Source: Pirellulales bacterium | GTDB lineage: Bacteria; Planctomycetota; Planctomycetia; Pirellulales; JAIMBC01 | Assembly (NCBI GenBank): GCA_023511675.1 | Contig: JAIMBC010000003.1 | Coordinates: 1-56,259 of the forward strand | Direction: 5' to 3' | Length of the DNA: 56,259 nucleotides | In this document: positions 43,852 through 53,526 of the stretch, piece after piece | Numbering within the stretch: the stretch's first letter is position 1 | Layout of the letters: each line of letters starts with the position of its first letter | Position numbers and translations under genes: made by a program | Notes under the pieces: generated by a model | The model's input: the letters and a program-made list of their open reading frames with translations, nothing else | Told to the model about the DNA's origin: nothing | The model's database searches: none

Positions 43852-46557
43852 CTAGTGGTTGAACTGAAATTCCTTGGTGTTCACCAGGGCCCAGAGAATG
43901 TCTTCCAGGGCCTGGCGCTTGTCTTCAGCCCGCTGGAGGTGGCCGAGGGTGAGCTGCAACTCTTCCGCCGTGGGACGCCTGGCAAACGCCCAGGCATAGA
44001 TTTCTTCGACGCGCTGGGTGTCGGTGAGCGACTCGTCCGCGGCGAGCCGAGCCGCCCGCCCCCCCTCCGCGGCGAGCCGAAGCTGGACCTCTTCCGAGTT
44101 CAGCAGGTGCAGGCTCTGCGCCAGGTTCGCCTCGCTGGAGCGTTCGCACTCGCAGGCACTGGTCCCCTCGGGCCGGCCGAAGATCTGCAAGAAGTAATTG
44201 CTAATGCTGCTATCGGGAAGCTGCACGGCTCGCGTTCCAGCAGGCAAGCCGGAGAATTCGGGTACCGTGCCGGTAAGCTGATGCAAGGCGTCATACAACA
44301 CCTCGGCTTGCAGCCGCCTGGGATAATAGTGAGAGAAGTTGCGGCGATCGAACTGATTGAGCCCGCTCGGCTCGGAGGCGAGCTGATAGGTTTGAGAGCG
44401 GCAAATGGTGCGGATCAGCTCCTTGAGATCGAAGCCGCTGCGCACAAAATGCTGGGCCAGCGCCTGCAACAACTCCGGATGGGAGGGAGGATTGGTCACC
44501 CGCATGTCGTCTTCGGGATCGACAATGCCGCGGCCGAAGAAGTGCTTCCAGTAGCGATTCACCAGCGCCGCGGCAAAGTAGGGATTCTCCGCAGAGGCCA
44601 TCCAGTCGACGAGCGCCTGCCGCGGATCGTCGTCGGGGTCGATCGTCAGGGGCGTGCCTCCCAGCACGGCCGGGGGTAGCGTCTCCCCGGTGCGGGGATT
44701 CACCGCGCCGGCCTGGCCGCGGTCGTGGAACACGGCCGGCTCGTCATTGCCAAGCCCCCCAGAACCTGGCTTGATCCCCACCCGAGAAAAGAATGCCGCC
44801 AGCGAGTAATAGTCGTGCTGGCTCCAACGCTCGAAGGGATGATGATGGCAGCGTGCGCACTGGATGCGCAGCCCGAGGAATAATTGCGCGGTATCCTCCA
44901 CCTGCAATTCCATGGTGTTTACCATGCGATACCACGCCACCGGCGGATGCTCCAGAAGCTCGCCCGTGGCCGCCAGAATGCTGCGCACAAACTCGTCGTA
45001 CGGCATGTTCTCGTATATCGCCTGGCGAATCCAGCCGTGGAAAGCGTATGTGCCTCGCGCCGCGTTATCGTTCGTGCGGCGGTTGCGCAGAATGGCATTC
45101 CACTTGGCGGCGAAAAAGTCGGCATATTCCGGCGAGGCCAGCAGCCGCTCGATCAGCCGCTCACGCTTGGCCGCGTCCCGCTCAGCCTCGAAGGCGCGCA
45201 ACTCTTCCGCTGTAGGCAGCCGGCCGGCGATGTCGAGCGTGGCGCGGCGCAAGAACGTGGCATCATCGCACGGGGGAGAAGCGGGCAAGCCCAACGCTTG
45301 CAGGCGGGCGAACACCAGCTCGTCGATGAAGTTGCGTGGCTGCGGCATGGCGGGCGGAGGCCCATCTGCCGGCAGCGTGGCCCGAAACACGGCCACCTCC
45401 CCTTGATAGCGCGCCATGACTGCCACGTCTCCTATCCCGTCCAGCGCGCGCACCAGGCCGTTGCGCTTCACCTCAGCCATCTCTGCGTCGTTCGACTCGA
45501 ACTGCGCCAGCGCCGTGACGTCTTGCTGCGTGCCGTCGCTGAAGCTGGCCAGCACCACAAGCTGCTGCTCGCCGCCCTGCCTCATCGTCCGTTGTGCGGG
45601 GTAGACATCCAGCCCCGCAATCACCGGATCCTCGGGCGTGCCGTAGCGCAGGCCCTGCTCCATCCAGCGCACGAGAAGCTGATACTCGGGCCCATCCGCC
45701 TCCACACGCCGCCCCCCTCCGTGGGCCAGCGTGCCGGTCGCCTTCAGCAACAGCAAGCTCCGCTCGGGAGCCGCGGGAAACACCCTTCGCCCACGCGCCT
45801 CCTTGGTCAAATACTCATAGTCCTCGTCGGGATAAAACCCCAGCAGCGATAGCTTGAACCCGTTCTGCCCGCTCGACTTGCCGTGGCAGGCCCCCGCGTT
45901 GCACCCGTGCTTGGTGAAGATGGGCACAACCTGATTCACAAAGTTGATCGGCGGCGGGTCGGCCAACTGCGCCACCTGAAGCTCGATCCGCGCCCGCAGC
46001 TTGCCCGGCCCCCGCGCCGTCACGCGCACTCTGCCCTCGGCAATCGGCTTGACCAGCCCAGCCGCATCGACCTCCACCACGCCCGCCGGAAGCGCCTCGT
46101 AGTGCACGCGCCGCGTCAGGTCCACCAGTCGGCCGTCAGCAAGGCGGCCGGTCACCAGGAGCTGCTTGCGGGCATCGGCACCGTGCAATTCGTTTGGCCC
46201 GTGCTGTTCGAACAGGATTTCGACGACTTCGGCGGACGTGCCGGTGCCTTGCTTTGCCTGTGGATCGCTCTGACACGGGTCGCTCCACGCCAATGCCAGG
46301 GCGAAGCCCAGGACGGCGGCCGCCCCCGCGCAGCCAAACCGAGATCTGGTCTCGAGCGCAGTGCCTCCGCCACGCCCTGCCCTACGGGACGCTTCCTCAC
46401 GCTGGCCGCCCGCAGATGGGCCGAGGGGGCCTTGCCCCGTACGGCCCCCCAACCGCGGTGGGCTCCAAAACAGGCTCTTCGGGGGCTTGCCGGGGTAAGA
46501 GCGTCCGCTCGAACATGCAACCCGCTCATCCCCGTGGGAAGATGCTCGTATCCGCAT
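43852..46557 (-). CDS. DUF1549 + DUF1553 (PSD1) protein with N-terminal Ig-like domains; start uncertain
   Basis: NFVNQVVPIFTKHGCNAGACHG..GQNGFKLSLLG, NFIDELV..L..LG, FLRRATLDIAGRLPT, FLGLRIQCARCHHHPFERW, NPYFA..VNRYW..FGRGIV.P.DD, RRLQAEVL.D, CECER, EDILWALVNTKEFQFNH. Confidence 0.92.
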   Translation of the reverse strand: MRIRASSHGDERVACSSGRSYPGKPPKSLFWSPPRLGGRTGQGPLGPSAGGQREEASRRAGRGGGTALETRSRFGCAGAAAVLGFALALAWSDPCQSDPQAKQGTGTSAEVVEILFEQHGPNELHGADARKQLLVTGRLADGRLVDLTRRVHYEALPAGVVEVDAAGLVKPIAEGRVRVTARGPGKLRARIELQVAQLADPPPINFVNQVVPIFTKHGCNAGACHGKSSGQNGFKLSLLGFYPDEDYEYLTKEARGRRVFPAAPERSLLLLKATGTLAHGGGRRVEADGPEYQLLVRWMEQGLRYGTPEDPVIAGLDVYPAQRTMRQGGEQQLVVLASFSDGTQQDVTALAQFESNDAEMAEVKRNGLVRALDGIGDVAVMARYQGEVAVFRATLPADGPPPAMPQPRNFIDELVFARLQALGLPASPPCDDATFLRRATLDIAGRLPTAEELRAFEAERDAAKRERLIERLLASPEYADFFAAKWNAILRNRRTNDNAARGTYAFHGWIRQAIYENMPYDEFVRSILAATGELLEHPPVAWYRMVNTMELQVEDTAQLFLGLRIQCARCHHHPFERWSQHDYYSLAAFFSRVGIKPGSGGLGNDEPAVFHDRGQAGAVNPRTGETLPPAVLGGTPLTIDPDDDPRQALVDWMASAENPYFAAALVNRYWKHFFGRGIVDPEDDMRVTNPPSHPELLQALAQHFVRSGFDLKELIRTICRSQTYQLASEPSGLNQFDRRNFSHYYPRRLQAEVLYDALHQLTGTVPEFSGLPAGTRAVQLPDSSISNYFLQIFGRPEGTSACECERSSEANLAQSLHLLNSEEVQLRLAAEGGRAARLAADESLTDTQRVEEIYAWAFARRPTAEELQLTLGHLQRAEDKRQALEDILWALVNTKEFQFNH

Positions 46558-46972
46558 GGGAACTACTCCTCGGCCAGAACCATCTGCGGTACGGCGGCTC
46601 ACCGCGGCACGTGCCAGCTTCGGGCGGCGCTGTGGTGGCAACCGCCACCAATGCGGGCCGCCAGGCAGCTCCCTCACCGCATGGCAGGTCCACATACCGT
46701 CCTGTACCGGAGGGACCACGGGCACATCCCTTCGCTAGGCCTAACGGGCAGGCAGCCACACGGGCCGCCTGGGCCTGGCGGCTCGAGGCATGCGCGGTCC
46801 TTTGCAACAACTTGACTGGTGCGGCTCGTTGGTTTCGTTATTCTCGCCGGCATGAGCCACGATGCAACCCACGGCCCCGGAGCAAGCTCCATTGAGACCA
46901 TGCCCGCGGGGAAGCAAGCCAAGTTTGGCCCGCCGCGGGCGATGACACCACCCTCGTGACGGCAGCGGCAGC

Positions 46973-47246
46973 TTACTGCCGCCCCGCAGCCTTGTGGCGC
47001 TCGTAGAGCGAGGTGAAAAAGCAGATCAGCACGGCACCAATCGCCAGCCCCGCCAAGGCCCCCTGGGTGGCCCCTGCGTCTAACCCAAACTCAAGAGGTT
47101 GGAACGAAGGTGCCTCTCCACCGCGGACGATGGCACGATAGTAGCCTGGGGCAAAAGTGCCCACGCCCCAGCCAATCAGGGCGCCCAGCAGAGATCCGCC
47201 CCCCCACGCTCGCCAACTAGACTCCCAAGGCACGCCACTCAGTCAT
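46973..47246 (-). pseudogene. Small membrane protein gene, apparently disrupted (in-frame TAG plus frameshift in a G7 run)
   Basis: GAGGAG RBS and ATG at 47246 give MTEWRALGV* (TAG at 47219-47217), then LASVGG. Removing one G from the G7 run joins this to GSLLGALIGWGVGTFAPGYYR...GALAGLAIGAVLICFF. Confidence 0.5.
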
Positions 47247-47423
47247 ATGATTGCTCCTCATTCGCCTCGGCCCAGCGCGGCGCGGCAAATCGCCTTCACG
47301 GCCAAACAACCGGGGCCGCCGTGGCCGGCACTCGTGCCGCGGCCATGTTCCTGGCGTACGCCGCGCTGGCCACTTCCACACATTGTACATATTCCGGCGG
47401 CGCCAACTGCCGTGGGGCGGCTC

Positions 47424-47514
47424 ACCTGGCCCGCTTGAGAGGCGGGCTCAGCGTGCAATTTCCAAAGCGCGGCGGACCTGCTCGTACCTGGCCCGCTCGA
47501 GAGGCGGGCTCGGC
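47424..47514. repeat. Two 29-bp hairpin-forming direct repeats separated by 33 bp
   Basis: ACCTGGCCCGCTTGAGAGGCGGGCTCAGC (47424-47452) and ACCTGGCCCGCTCGAGAGGCGGGCTCGGC (47486-47514), 2 mismatches, each with a GCCCGC/GCGGGC stem. Confidence 0.85.
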
Positions 47515-47533
47515 ACCGCCCCCGCTGCCCGAG

Positions 47534-47623
47534 CCGCTGGAGGAACGTGCGCTGCACGCGATAACTGGTTCGACACCGCGAACGTCGGTCACCCAGCCTC
47601 CGCTCCCGCGGGAGGAACGTGCG
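47534..47623. repeat. Second direct-repeat pair CCGC(T/G)GGAGGAACGTGCG
   Basis: Copies at 47534-47551 and 47606-47623, with similarity extending into (G)CTG(G)CAC. Confidence 0.75.
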
Positions 47624-47721
47624 GCTGGCACCTATTCCGCGCCCAGACCCCAGATTAGAATCATCAGCGGGATACGCATTTCCACGGTCGCCTACCGCGT
47701 CACCTGGCGCAACCACCAATT

Positions 47722-49053
47722 ATGCAAGAGCACTCCGGCACCTGGGACAACTGCCTGGAGTACGTAGACATCACCGACGTGGGGTTGCGCCGCGCCAACA
47801 ACCAGGACTCGTTGGCTTGCCGGCTGGCCAGCGATCGTGAGGAACTCCAACGGCGTGGCCACCTGTTCATGGTGGCTGACGGCATGGGCGCTCATGCCGC
47901 TGGCGAGAAGGCCAGCAAAATGGCGGTGGACGCCGTGCAGCATGCCTACTACAAGCTCCCGGAGGAGTCGCCCGAAGCGGCGGTGGTCAAGGCCATCGAA
48001 GATGCCAATCGCCAGATTCACAACTGGGGGCAGGCGAACCTCGACTTTCGCGGCATGGGTACCACCGCCAGCGTGTTGGTCTTGCTCCCGGAACGCGCGC
48101 TGGTGGCTCACGTCGGAGACAGCCGGGTGTACCGCCTGCGTGGCAACCAACTCGATCAGCTCACGTTCGACCACAGCCTGGTGTGGGAGCTGAAAGCGGC
48201 CCGCCAGATCCCAGACAACGAGGTTCCCAATTACATCCCCAAGAACATCATCACGCGCTCGCTGGGGCCTTCCGAGGCCGTGGAGGTGGACGTCGAAGGT
48301 CCCTTCCCCTTGTTGCCGGGCGACACCTTCCTGATTTGTAGCGATGGCCTCACGGGGCAGGTGGCAGATGACGAGATCGGCATGATCCTCAAGCATCTGC
48401 CCCTGGCAGAAGCCGCACGCGTGCTGGTGGACATTGCCCTGCTGCGCGGCGGGCCCGATAACATCAGCATCGTATTGGTACGCGTCAAAGGGGGGCAGCT
48501 CGCCAGCGGTGCCGCTGAGGGGAGCAGCGTGATGAGGGTGGTACGCGGCCCTCGCCGCCAGATTCCTGTCAGCATCTGGGTCTTGTTGGGACTTGCCCTG
48601 TTGGGGACGCTGTTGCTGGGCCTCGGCTCGCAATGGACGTATGCCTTGCTGCCGCTGGGCGCCTTTGTCGTGATCCTGATCGCCGCGCTTCTCTTCCGCC
48701 GCGGCCCGGCGCCGGCGGGCCGGCCGGCCGGAGGTTTGCACGGCCGGGCCCCGCATCGCAGCTATGTTTGCAAGCTGGATAGCGCCTATGTCGAAAAGCT
48801 GAGCAGCCTGGTCCAGCAGCTTGAAGAGGCAGCCCACAACGGCCGTCCAGACGGCACCCCATATACGATCGACTGGACCGCATACCGTCGTCACCGCGAT
48901 GCAGGTCTACAGGCCTTCGCCCGCAAGGACCTGAGCACGGCCACCGTCGAGTTGTGCCGCGCACTGAGCTGCCTGATGCAACAACTCCGCTCCCAAAGCG
49001 CTCACGATGTCATTGCGCCCGCACCGCCGGTTGCCGATTCCGAGGGGCACTGA
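47722..49053 (+). CDS. PP2C/Stp1-family Ser/Thr phosphatase with C-terminal TM hairpin
   Basis: TDVGLRRANNQD, VADGMG.HAAGE.AS, GMGTT, AHVGDSRVY, DHS, ITRSLG, CSDGL and GGPDNI motifs, then two TM helices. Confidence 0.93.
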   Translation: MQEHSGTWDNCLEYVDITDVGLRRANNQDSLACRLASDREELQRRGHLFMVADGMGAHAAGEKASKMAVDAVQHAYYKLPEESPEAAVVKAIEDANRQIHNWGQANLDFRGMGTTASVLVLLPERALVAHVGDSRVYRLRGNQLDQLTFDHSLVWELKAARQIPDNEVPNYIPKNIITRSLGPSEAVEVDVEGPFPLLPGDTFLICSDGLTGQVADDEIGMILKHLPLAEAARVLVDIALLRGGPDNISIVLVRVKGGQLASGAAEGSSVMRVVRGPRRQIPVSIWVLLGLALLGTLLLGLGSQWTYALLPLGAFVVILIAALLFRRGPAPAGRPAGGLHGRAPHRSYVCKLDSAYVEKLSSLVQQLEEAAHNGRPDGTPYTIDWTAYRRHRDAGLQAFARKDLSTATVELCRALSCLMQQLRSQSAHDVIAPAPPVADSEGH

Positions 49054-49170
49054 CGCGGCCAGGCCGGCTCGCGGCAACTTCCGGCAGAAGCCGTTTGTGC
49101 AGCGATACCCTTCCGTGCAGGCCCATCGGGCGGCAACACGCAGGCCGGGTCTCAGCCATTACGTCCACGG

Positions 49171-50505
49171 CTAACGCTGCCGAGCGCGGTCGGCTTGTGC
49201 ATGCAACGCCTTCCTTCCCGGGGGCGGCAGCAACGTGCTGGGTCGGCAGAACTCGGCGTGGGCTTCAAACCAGCGGCGCGCTGCTTGCCGCGCCTGATTC
49301 CACACCTGTGCCGCATGATCTGACGTGCCGGAGAGCAGGTTGCGGTCCAGGATGCAAGACAGTCGTGCCACCGCCGTGTTGCAATAGCGAAGCTGCGGGG
49401 TGCGGGCAGCCAGGTGTGGCGTTTCGAGTTCCAGCAGCGGCCGGAGAAAAGCCACGCGATTGGGCGTGTAGCGATTGGTCAGGCCCTGCACCACATGCTC
49501 GAAGCGCTCGTGCGAGGCCTGACGGTAGCCCGGTTTGTACAAAAGCGCAAGGAACTGCTCTTGCTGCTGCGGCGTGCCAAAATCTGCCGTTAGCGCAGCC
49601 GCGGCATGGTACGTGCCAGGGGGCAGGCCCAGGCGAGCCAGACATGCGGATGCGTGCTGCGCTGCCAGGGCGGCCAATGGATCGCCAGGGTCATCCACCA
49701 CACGATAGGCCAGCGGCAGGCTAAAGGCTCCCCCTTGCTCGAGATAGGCGGCAAAGGCCTTGCGAAGCGGCCCTTGGGGCCCCTCGGCCCTTAGCCGCCG
49801 CACCAGCTCGTCGTAGTCTGCGGGAGGCGGCCCGAGTGACCGCGGCCACCAAGTCAACAGCGACTTCCATTCCTCGCCGCTAGGCCGCGGCCGCGGCCAG
49901 TAGGTGCGCAGATTGTATTCCTGAATGGTAACGGGCACGCCGAAGTCGAAGGCATACATTTCCGCCAGGGCACGCTCGGCCGGCCAGCGGTCGTATTCCA
50001 TGCGGAACAAGGCGGCCAGCGTACCTGTACGATGGCGTCCCCCCTGGCAGTGCACCGCCACAGGCCAGTTGGCAGGATCGTCCATCATCCGAAAGAACTG
50101 CTCATACTGCCAGGGACTGACCCACGGCCAGCAGGCCTCTTCTCCCATCGGCCATTGCACCGGCCGAGCACCCAGCCCCGCCACGTAGTGCGACTCAAGG
50201 GCCCCGCCTTCCTCCCCTAAATCGATCAGTCCCGCATGCAGGCGCATATCCTCAAGCTGCAATGAGACCACGGTCTTGACGCCATAGCACTTGACCAGCA
50301 CCTGCAAGCCCAGTTCGCTGGGCTGTGCCGAGCGATAAAACACACCCGGCCGCACCGCCTGAAAACGCTTGAGGTGCCCCTGCCAGAAGCCGAGCCATGC
50401 CAGGCCGCACAGCCCCAGGCTCGCGGCCAAGACGGCTAACCATAACCGGAGCCTCCGGCGAGGCAATTTCCCCTCTCCACCCAGCACGCTAGCACTCTCA
50501 TCCAT
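49171..50505 (-). CDS. Membrane-anchored CX5R (tyrosine/dual-specificity) phosphatase family protein with helical C-terminal extension
   Basis: N-terminal TM, FQAVRPGVFYRSAQP, GVKTVVSL, PVAVHCQGGRHRTG (P-loop) and ALAEM. Start at 50505 is inferred. Confidence 0.85.
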   Translation of the reverse strand: MDESASVLGGEGKLPRRRLRLWLAVLAASLGLCGLAWLGFWQGHLKRFQAVRPGVFYRSAQPSELGLQVLVKCYGVKTVVSLQLEDMRLHAGLIDLGEEGGALESHYVAGLGARPVQWPMGEEACWPWVSPWQYEQFFRMMDDPANWPVAVHCQGGRHRTGTLAALFRMEYDRWPAERALAEMYAFDFGVPVTIQEYNLRTYWPRPRPSGEEWKSLLTWWPRSLGPPPADYDELVRRLRAEGPQGPLRKAFAAYLEQGGAFSLPLAYRVVDDPGDPLAALAAQHASACLARLGLPPGTYHAAAALTADFGTPQQQEQFLALLYKPGYRQASHERFEHVVQGLTNRYTPNRVAFLRPLLELETPHLAARTPQLRYCNTAVARLSCILDRNLLSGTSDHAAQVWNQARQAARRWFEAHAEFCRPSTLLPPPGRKALHAQADRARQR

Positions 50506-50933
50506 CGTGGCGGGGACCGTAACACAACCCGCGCTGGGCCGCAACGGCGATCTTGGCCGGTACGGCGCAGGCATTCTCACAACCCCGCTGCTGCTCTCGC
50601 CTGCGCTGGCTCACAAACCATCACCAAGCTGTGGACCTGCGGCGGCCTGCCTCTTGTGCCGGCCCGCTGGTGTGAGACGGTCCGCTGAGCTGGTGCACCG
50701 GCCGCATCTCTGCCCTGGCCTGCGACTCTTTGCCCACTCATGCGGCAAGGTCGGCCCCTGTGCCGGCCGTGTGAGGCACCGCGCAACGCTGGCCCGTTGA
50801 CAACTCCCCCACGTTGGCCCACTGTGGTCCCCCCTTTCCGCGGCAAGCCGCCACTCCCCTCTACCCAGCGGCATGGCTGCCGCCGAGAATGAACCAGGGC
50901 ATTTTGTGTTGCCGACGCTACGCCCCCCCTGCC

Positions 50934-52109
50934 ATGCCGCGACCCGTGTACCTCGATTACCATGCCACCACGCCGGTCGATCCGCGCGTGCTGGCACACA
51001 TGGAACCTTACTTCACCGAGCGGTTCGGCAACCCAGGCAGTGTAGGGCATGCCTATGGTTGGGAAGCCCGAGATGCCGTCGAGGCTGCACGGGCACAACT
51101 CGCCCAGCTCATTGGCGCCGCGCCACGAGAAATCGTCTTCACCAGCGGCGCCACCGAGAGCAATAACCTGGCCTTGCGCGGCACGGCCGAGCGAACGCGC
51201 GGCCGGCACATCGTGAGCGTGAAAACCGAACACCGCTCGGTCTTGGATCCCCTGGCCCGCCTGCAACGCCGCGGTTTCGATGTCACGCTGCTGGACGTCA
51301 TCCAGGCCCCCCACCCCGTGGCCGGTTTGCTCGACCTCGATCGGCTCCGCCATGCCTTGCGGCCAGACACATTTCTCGTCTCGGTGATGCTGGCCAACAA
51401 CGAGATCGGCGCGATCCAGCCGCTCGCAGAACTGGCCCGCATCTGCCACGATCGCGGCATCCTCGTTCACTGCGACGCCACCCAGGCCGTCGGCAAGCTG
51501 CCCGTGCATGTGGACGACCTGGGCGTGGATCTGATGAGCTTTACAGCTCACAAGATCTACGGCCCCAAAGGGATTGGCGCCCTCTACGTGCGGCACAGGC
51601 CGCCTGTGCCGCTGCAACCGCAGATCGACGGCGGCGGCCAGGAACGGGGACGACGCAGTGGCACGCTCAATGTGCCGGGCATCGTCGGCTTCGCCCGGGC
51701 GCTGGAGCTGTGTCTGGAGGAGCTGCCCGCGGAGGCCCCCAGGCTGGCTACACTCCGAAATCGCCTCTTCGATCGGCTGGCGGCAGCCCTGCCGGAGACG
51801 CAGTTGAACGGTCCCGCGCTGGACCAGCCGGCAGTGCGACTTGCGGGCAATCTCAATGTCAGCATCCCCCGCGTGGAGGGCGATGCGTTGCTGGCAGCTC
51901 TGCGAGACGTTGCCGTAAGTTCCGGCAGTGCATGCACATCTGCCGACCCGGAGCCCAGCCATGTGCTGCGGGCCCTGGGCGTGCAAGAGGCCTGGGTACG
52001 TGCCAGCCTGCGTTTTGGGCTGGGACGCTTCACGACCGAAGCGGATGTCGACTTTGCCGCCGCCTACGTGGCCGAGCAGGTCGAGCGGCTGAGGGCGCAT
52101 GCGCTCTGA
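50934..52109 (+). CDS. iscS: Cysteine desulfurase (IscS/NifS, group I)
   Basis: VYLDYHATTP, FGNPGS, FTSGATESNN, TAHKIYGPKGIG, GGGQERG.RSGT and SSGSACTS. Confidence 0.92.
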   Translation: MPRPVYLDYHATTPVDPRVLAHMEPYFTERFGNPGSVGHAYGWEARDAVEAARAQLAQLIGAAPREIVFTSGATESNNLALRGTAERTRGRHIVSVKTEHRSVLDPLARLQRRGFDVTLLDVIQAPHPVAGLLDLDRLRHALRPDTFLVSVMLANNEIGAIQPLAELARICHDRGILVHCDATQAVGKLPVHVDDLGVDLMSFTAHKIYGPKGIGALYVRHRPPVPLQPQIDGGGQERGRRSGTLNVPGIVGFARALELCLEELPAEAPRLATLRNRLFDRLAAALPETQLNGPALDQPAVRLAGNLNVSIPRVEGDALLAALRDVAVSSGSACTSADPEPSHVLRALGVQEAWVRASLRFGLGRFTTEADVDFAAAYVAEQVERLRAHAL

Positions 52110-52199
52110 TGGCTGGATACGTCTTTTCTTTTTCCGGCGGAGCGTATAATTTACGCAGCATAACCTGCGAAAATCCTGGGAAAGGAGTGTTCTTCAATC

Positions 52200-52544
52200 A
52201 TGGCCGTAACTTTGACCGAGAAAGCCGCAAACGCTGTCAAGCAGATCATGGAACGCGAGATCCAGGCGGGCCGCCTGGAGCCAGGCGCGTTCCTGCGCGT
52301 GGGCGTGACCGGCGGTGGTTGCAGCGGCTTCACCTACAGCCTCGGCTTCGACAAGACGCTGGATGAGAAGCTCGACTCCCGGTACGAGTGCCATGGCGTG
52401 CCCGTGGTGGTGGACAAGAAGAGCGCCCTGTACCTCGACGGCACCACCGTCGATTACTACGACGGGATCGAGAAGCAGGGTTTCACGTTCGACAACCCCA
52501 ATGCCGTGCGCTCCTGCGGCTGCGGCAGCTCCTTCTCCGCCTAG
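52200..52544 (+). CDS. iscA: A-type Fe-S carrier (HesB/IscA/ErpA family)
   Basis: [23 protein letters not shown] and [24 protein letters not shown]. Confidence 0.9.
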   Translation: MAVTLTEKAANAVKQIMEREIQAGRLEPGAFLRVGVTGGGCSGFTYSLGFDKTLDEKLDSRYECHGVPVVVDKKSALYLDGTTVDYYDGIEKQGFTFDNPNAVRSCGCGSSFSA

Positions 52545-53526
52545 TCCGTCTGCGCAGTTCGTCACTGGGCACGCGCGGGGGAAGGCGTTTGCTGCGCGCG
52601 GGCAGCCGTTACCATACAGCCGCTCAACACGGCGCACGCGCGCTCACGTGGCGAGAGACGTAGCCGTACACAACGACCATTTTTGACGGGGATGGCAGCC
52701 TGCATGCCGGGCGGGGAGAGTACGAGTGCACGCACGCGAGATGGAGCATGCCAAGGCCGATTGCTGGAGAGAACCGGCGGTTGTGGGCGGCGAGGTTGCG
52801 GCCGTTCGAGCATAGCGGCTTGACGGGGGCCGAGTGGTGCCGCCCGGGAGCGCGGGCGTCCCGCCCGCTCCGATCCGGCAACACCTCCCTCCGTACCTGT
52901 GGCCCCCTGCCGTAGCATACAGCAGGGGTGCTTGCCCGCCCCCTCTATAACAGGGCAGTCCGCCTGATTCTGCGGGCGCGCAACGGCGCGCACGTCGAAT
53001 GCCGGCGTTCGTAGTGACCGCATTCATGCGGTCCGTCGTGGCTCGTCGGACGCCATTCCCTCGTCGCGGGCGACCGCTACGAGCCGGGCGACTCCTGGAG
53101 CGGCGCCTGCAAGGGAGCGCCAGAACCCTCGCGCCGCTAGCGTTGACCAACCGGTGTACCACCAGGCATGTGTGGCCCTTGTGGTCGCCACAGGCGCCGC
53201 CAACGCGAGCAGGCCCACGAACCACCAGGCCAACAACCCCCCCCCAAACCGACGCCGGCCTGCAACCACGAGGCGGCGGCCTATTGCCTTCCCCTGTATC
53301 AAGCCGCGCTCAGCCTGGCAGAAACCTTCCATCTCCAGCTCCAGCCCAACAGAGAAGAGGCAACCCGTAACCCTAAACCGACCAACAGTTAACCACCCTC
53401 CGCAACCCGGGCGTCATCACACCCGACGCCACTTGACTGCCACCGGTACATCTCTCTCGCCCATGTTCGCCCACCCGGCGCGATGGTGCCGGTGTATGGT
53501 TACGTGCCAGATGCCCGCAGACATGC

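Noticed and set aside
47424-47514. CRISPR array (29-bp repeat, 33-bp spacer)
   Set aside because: Only two copies, no third copy at the expected period on either side, no cas genes, and no typical repeat-end motif. Kept only as a repeat finding.
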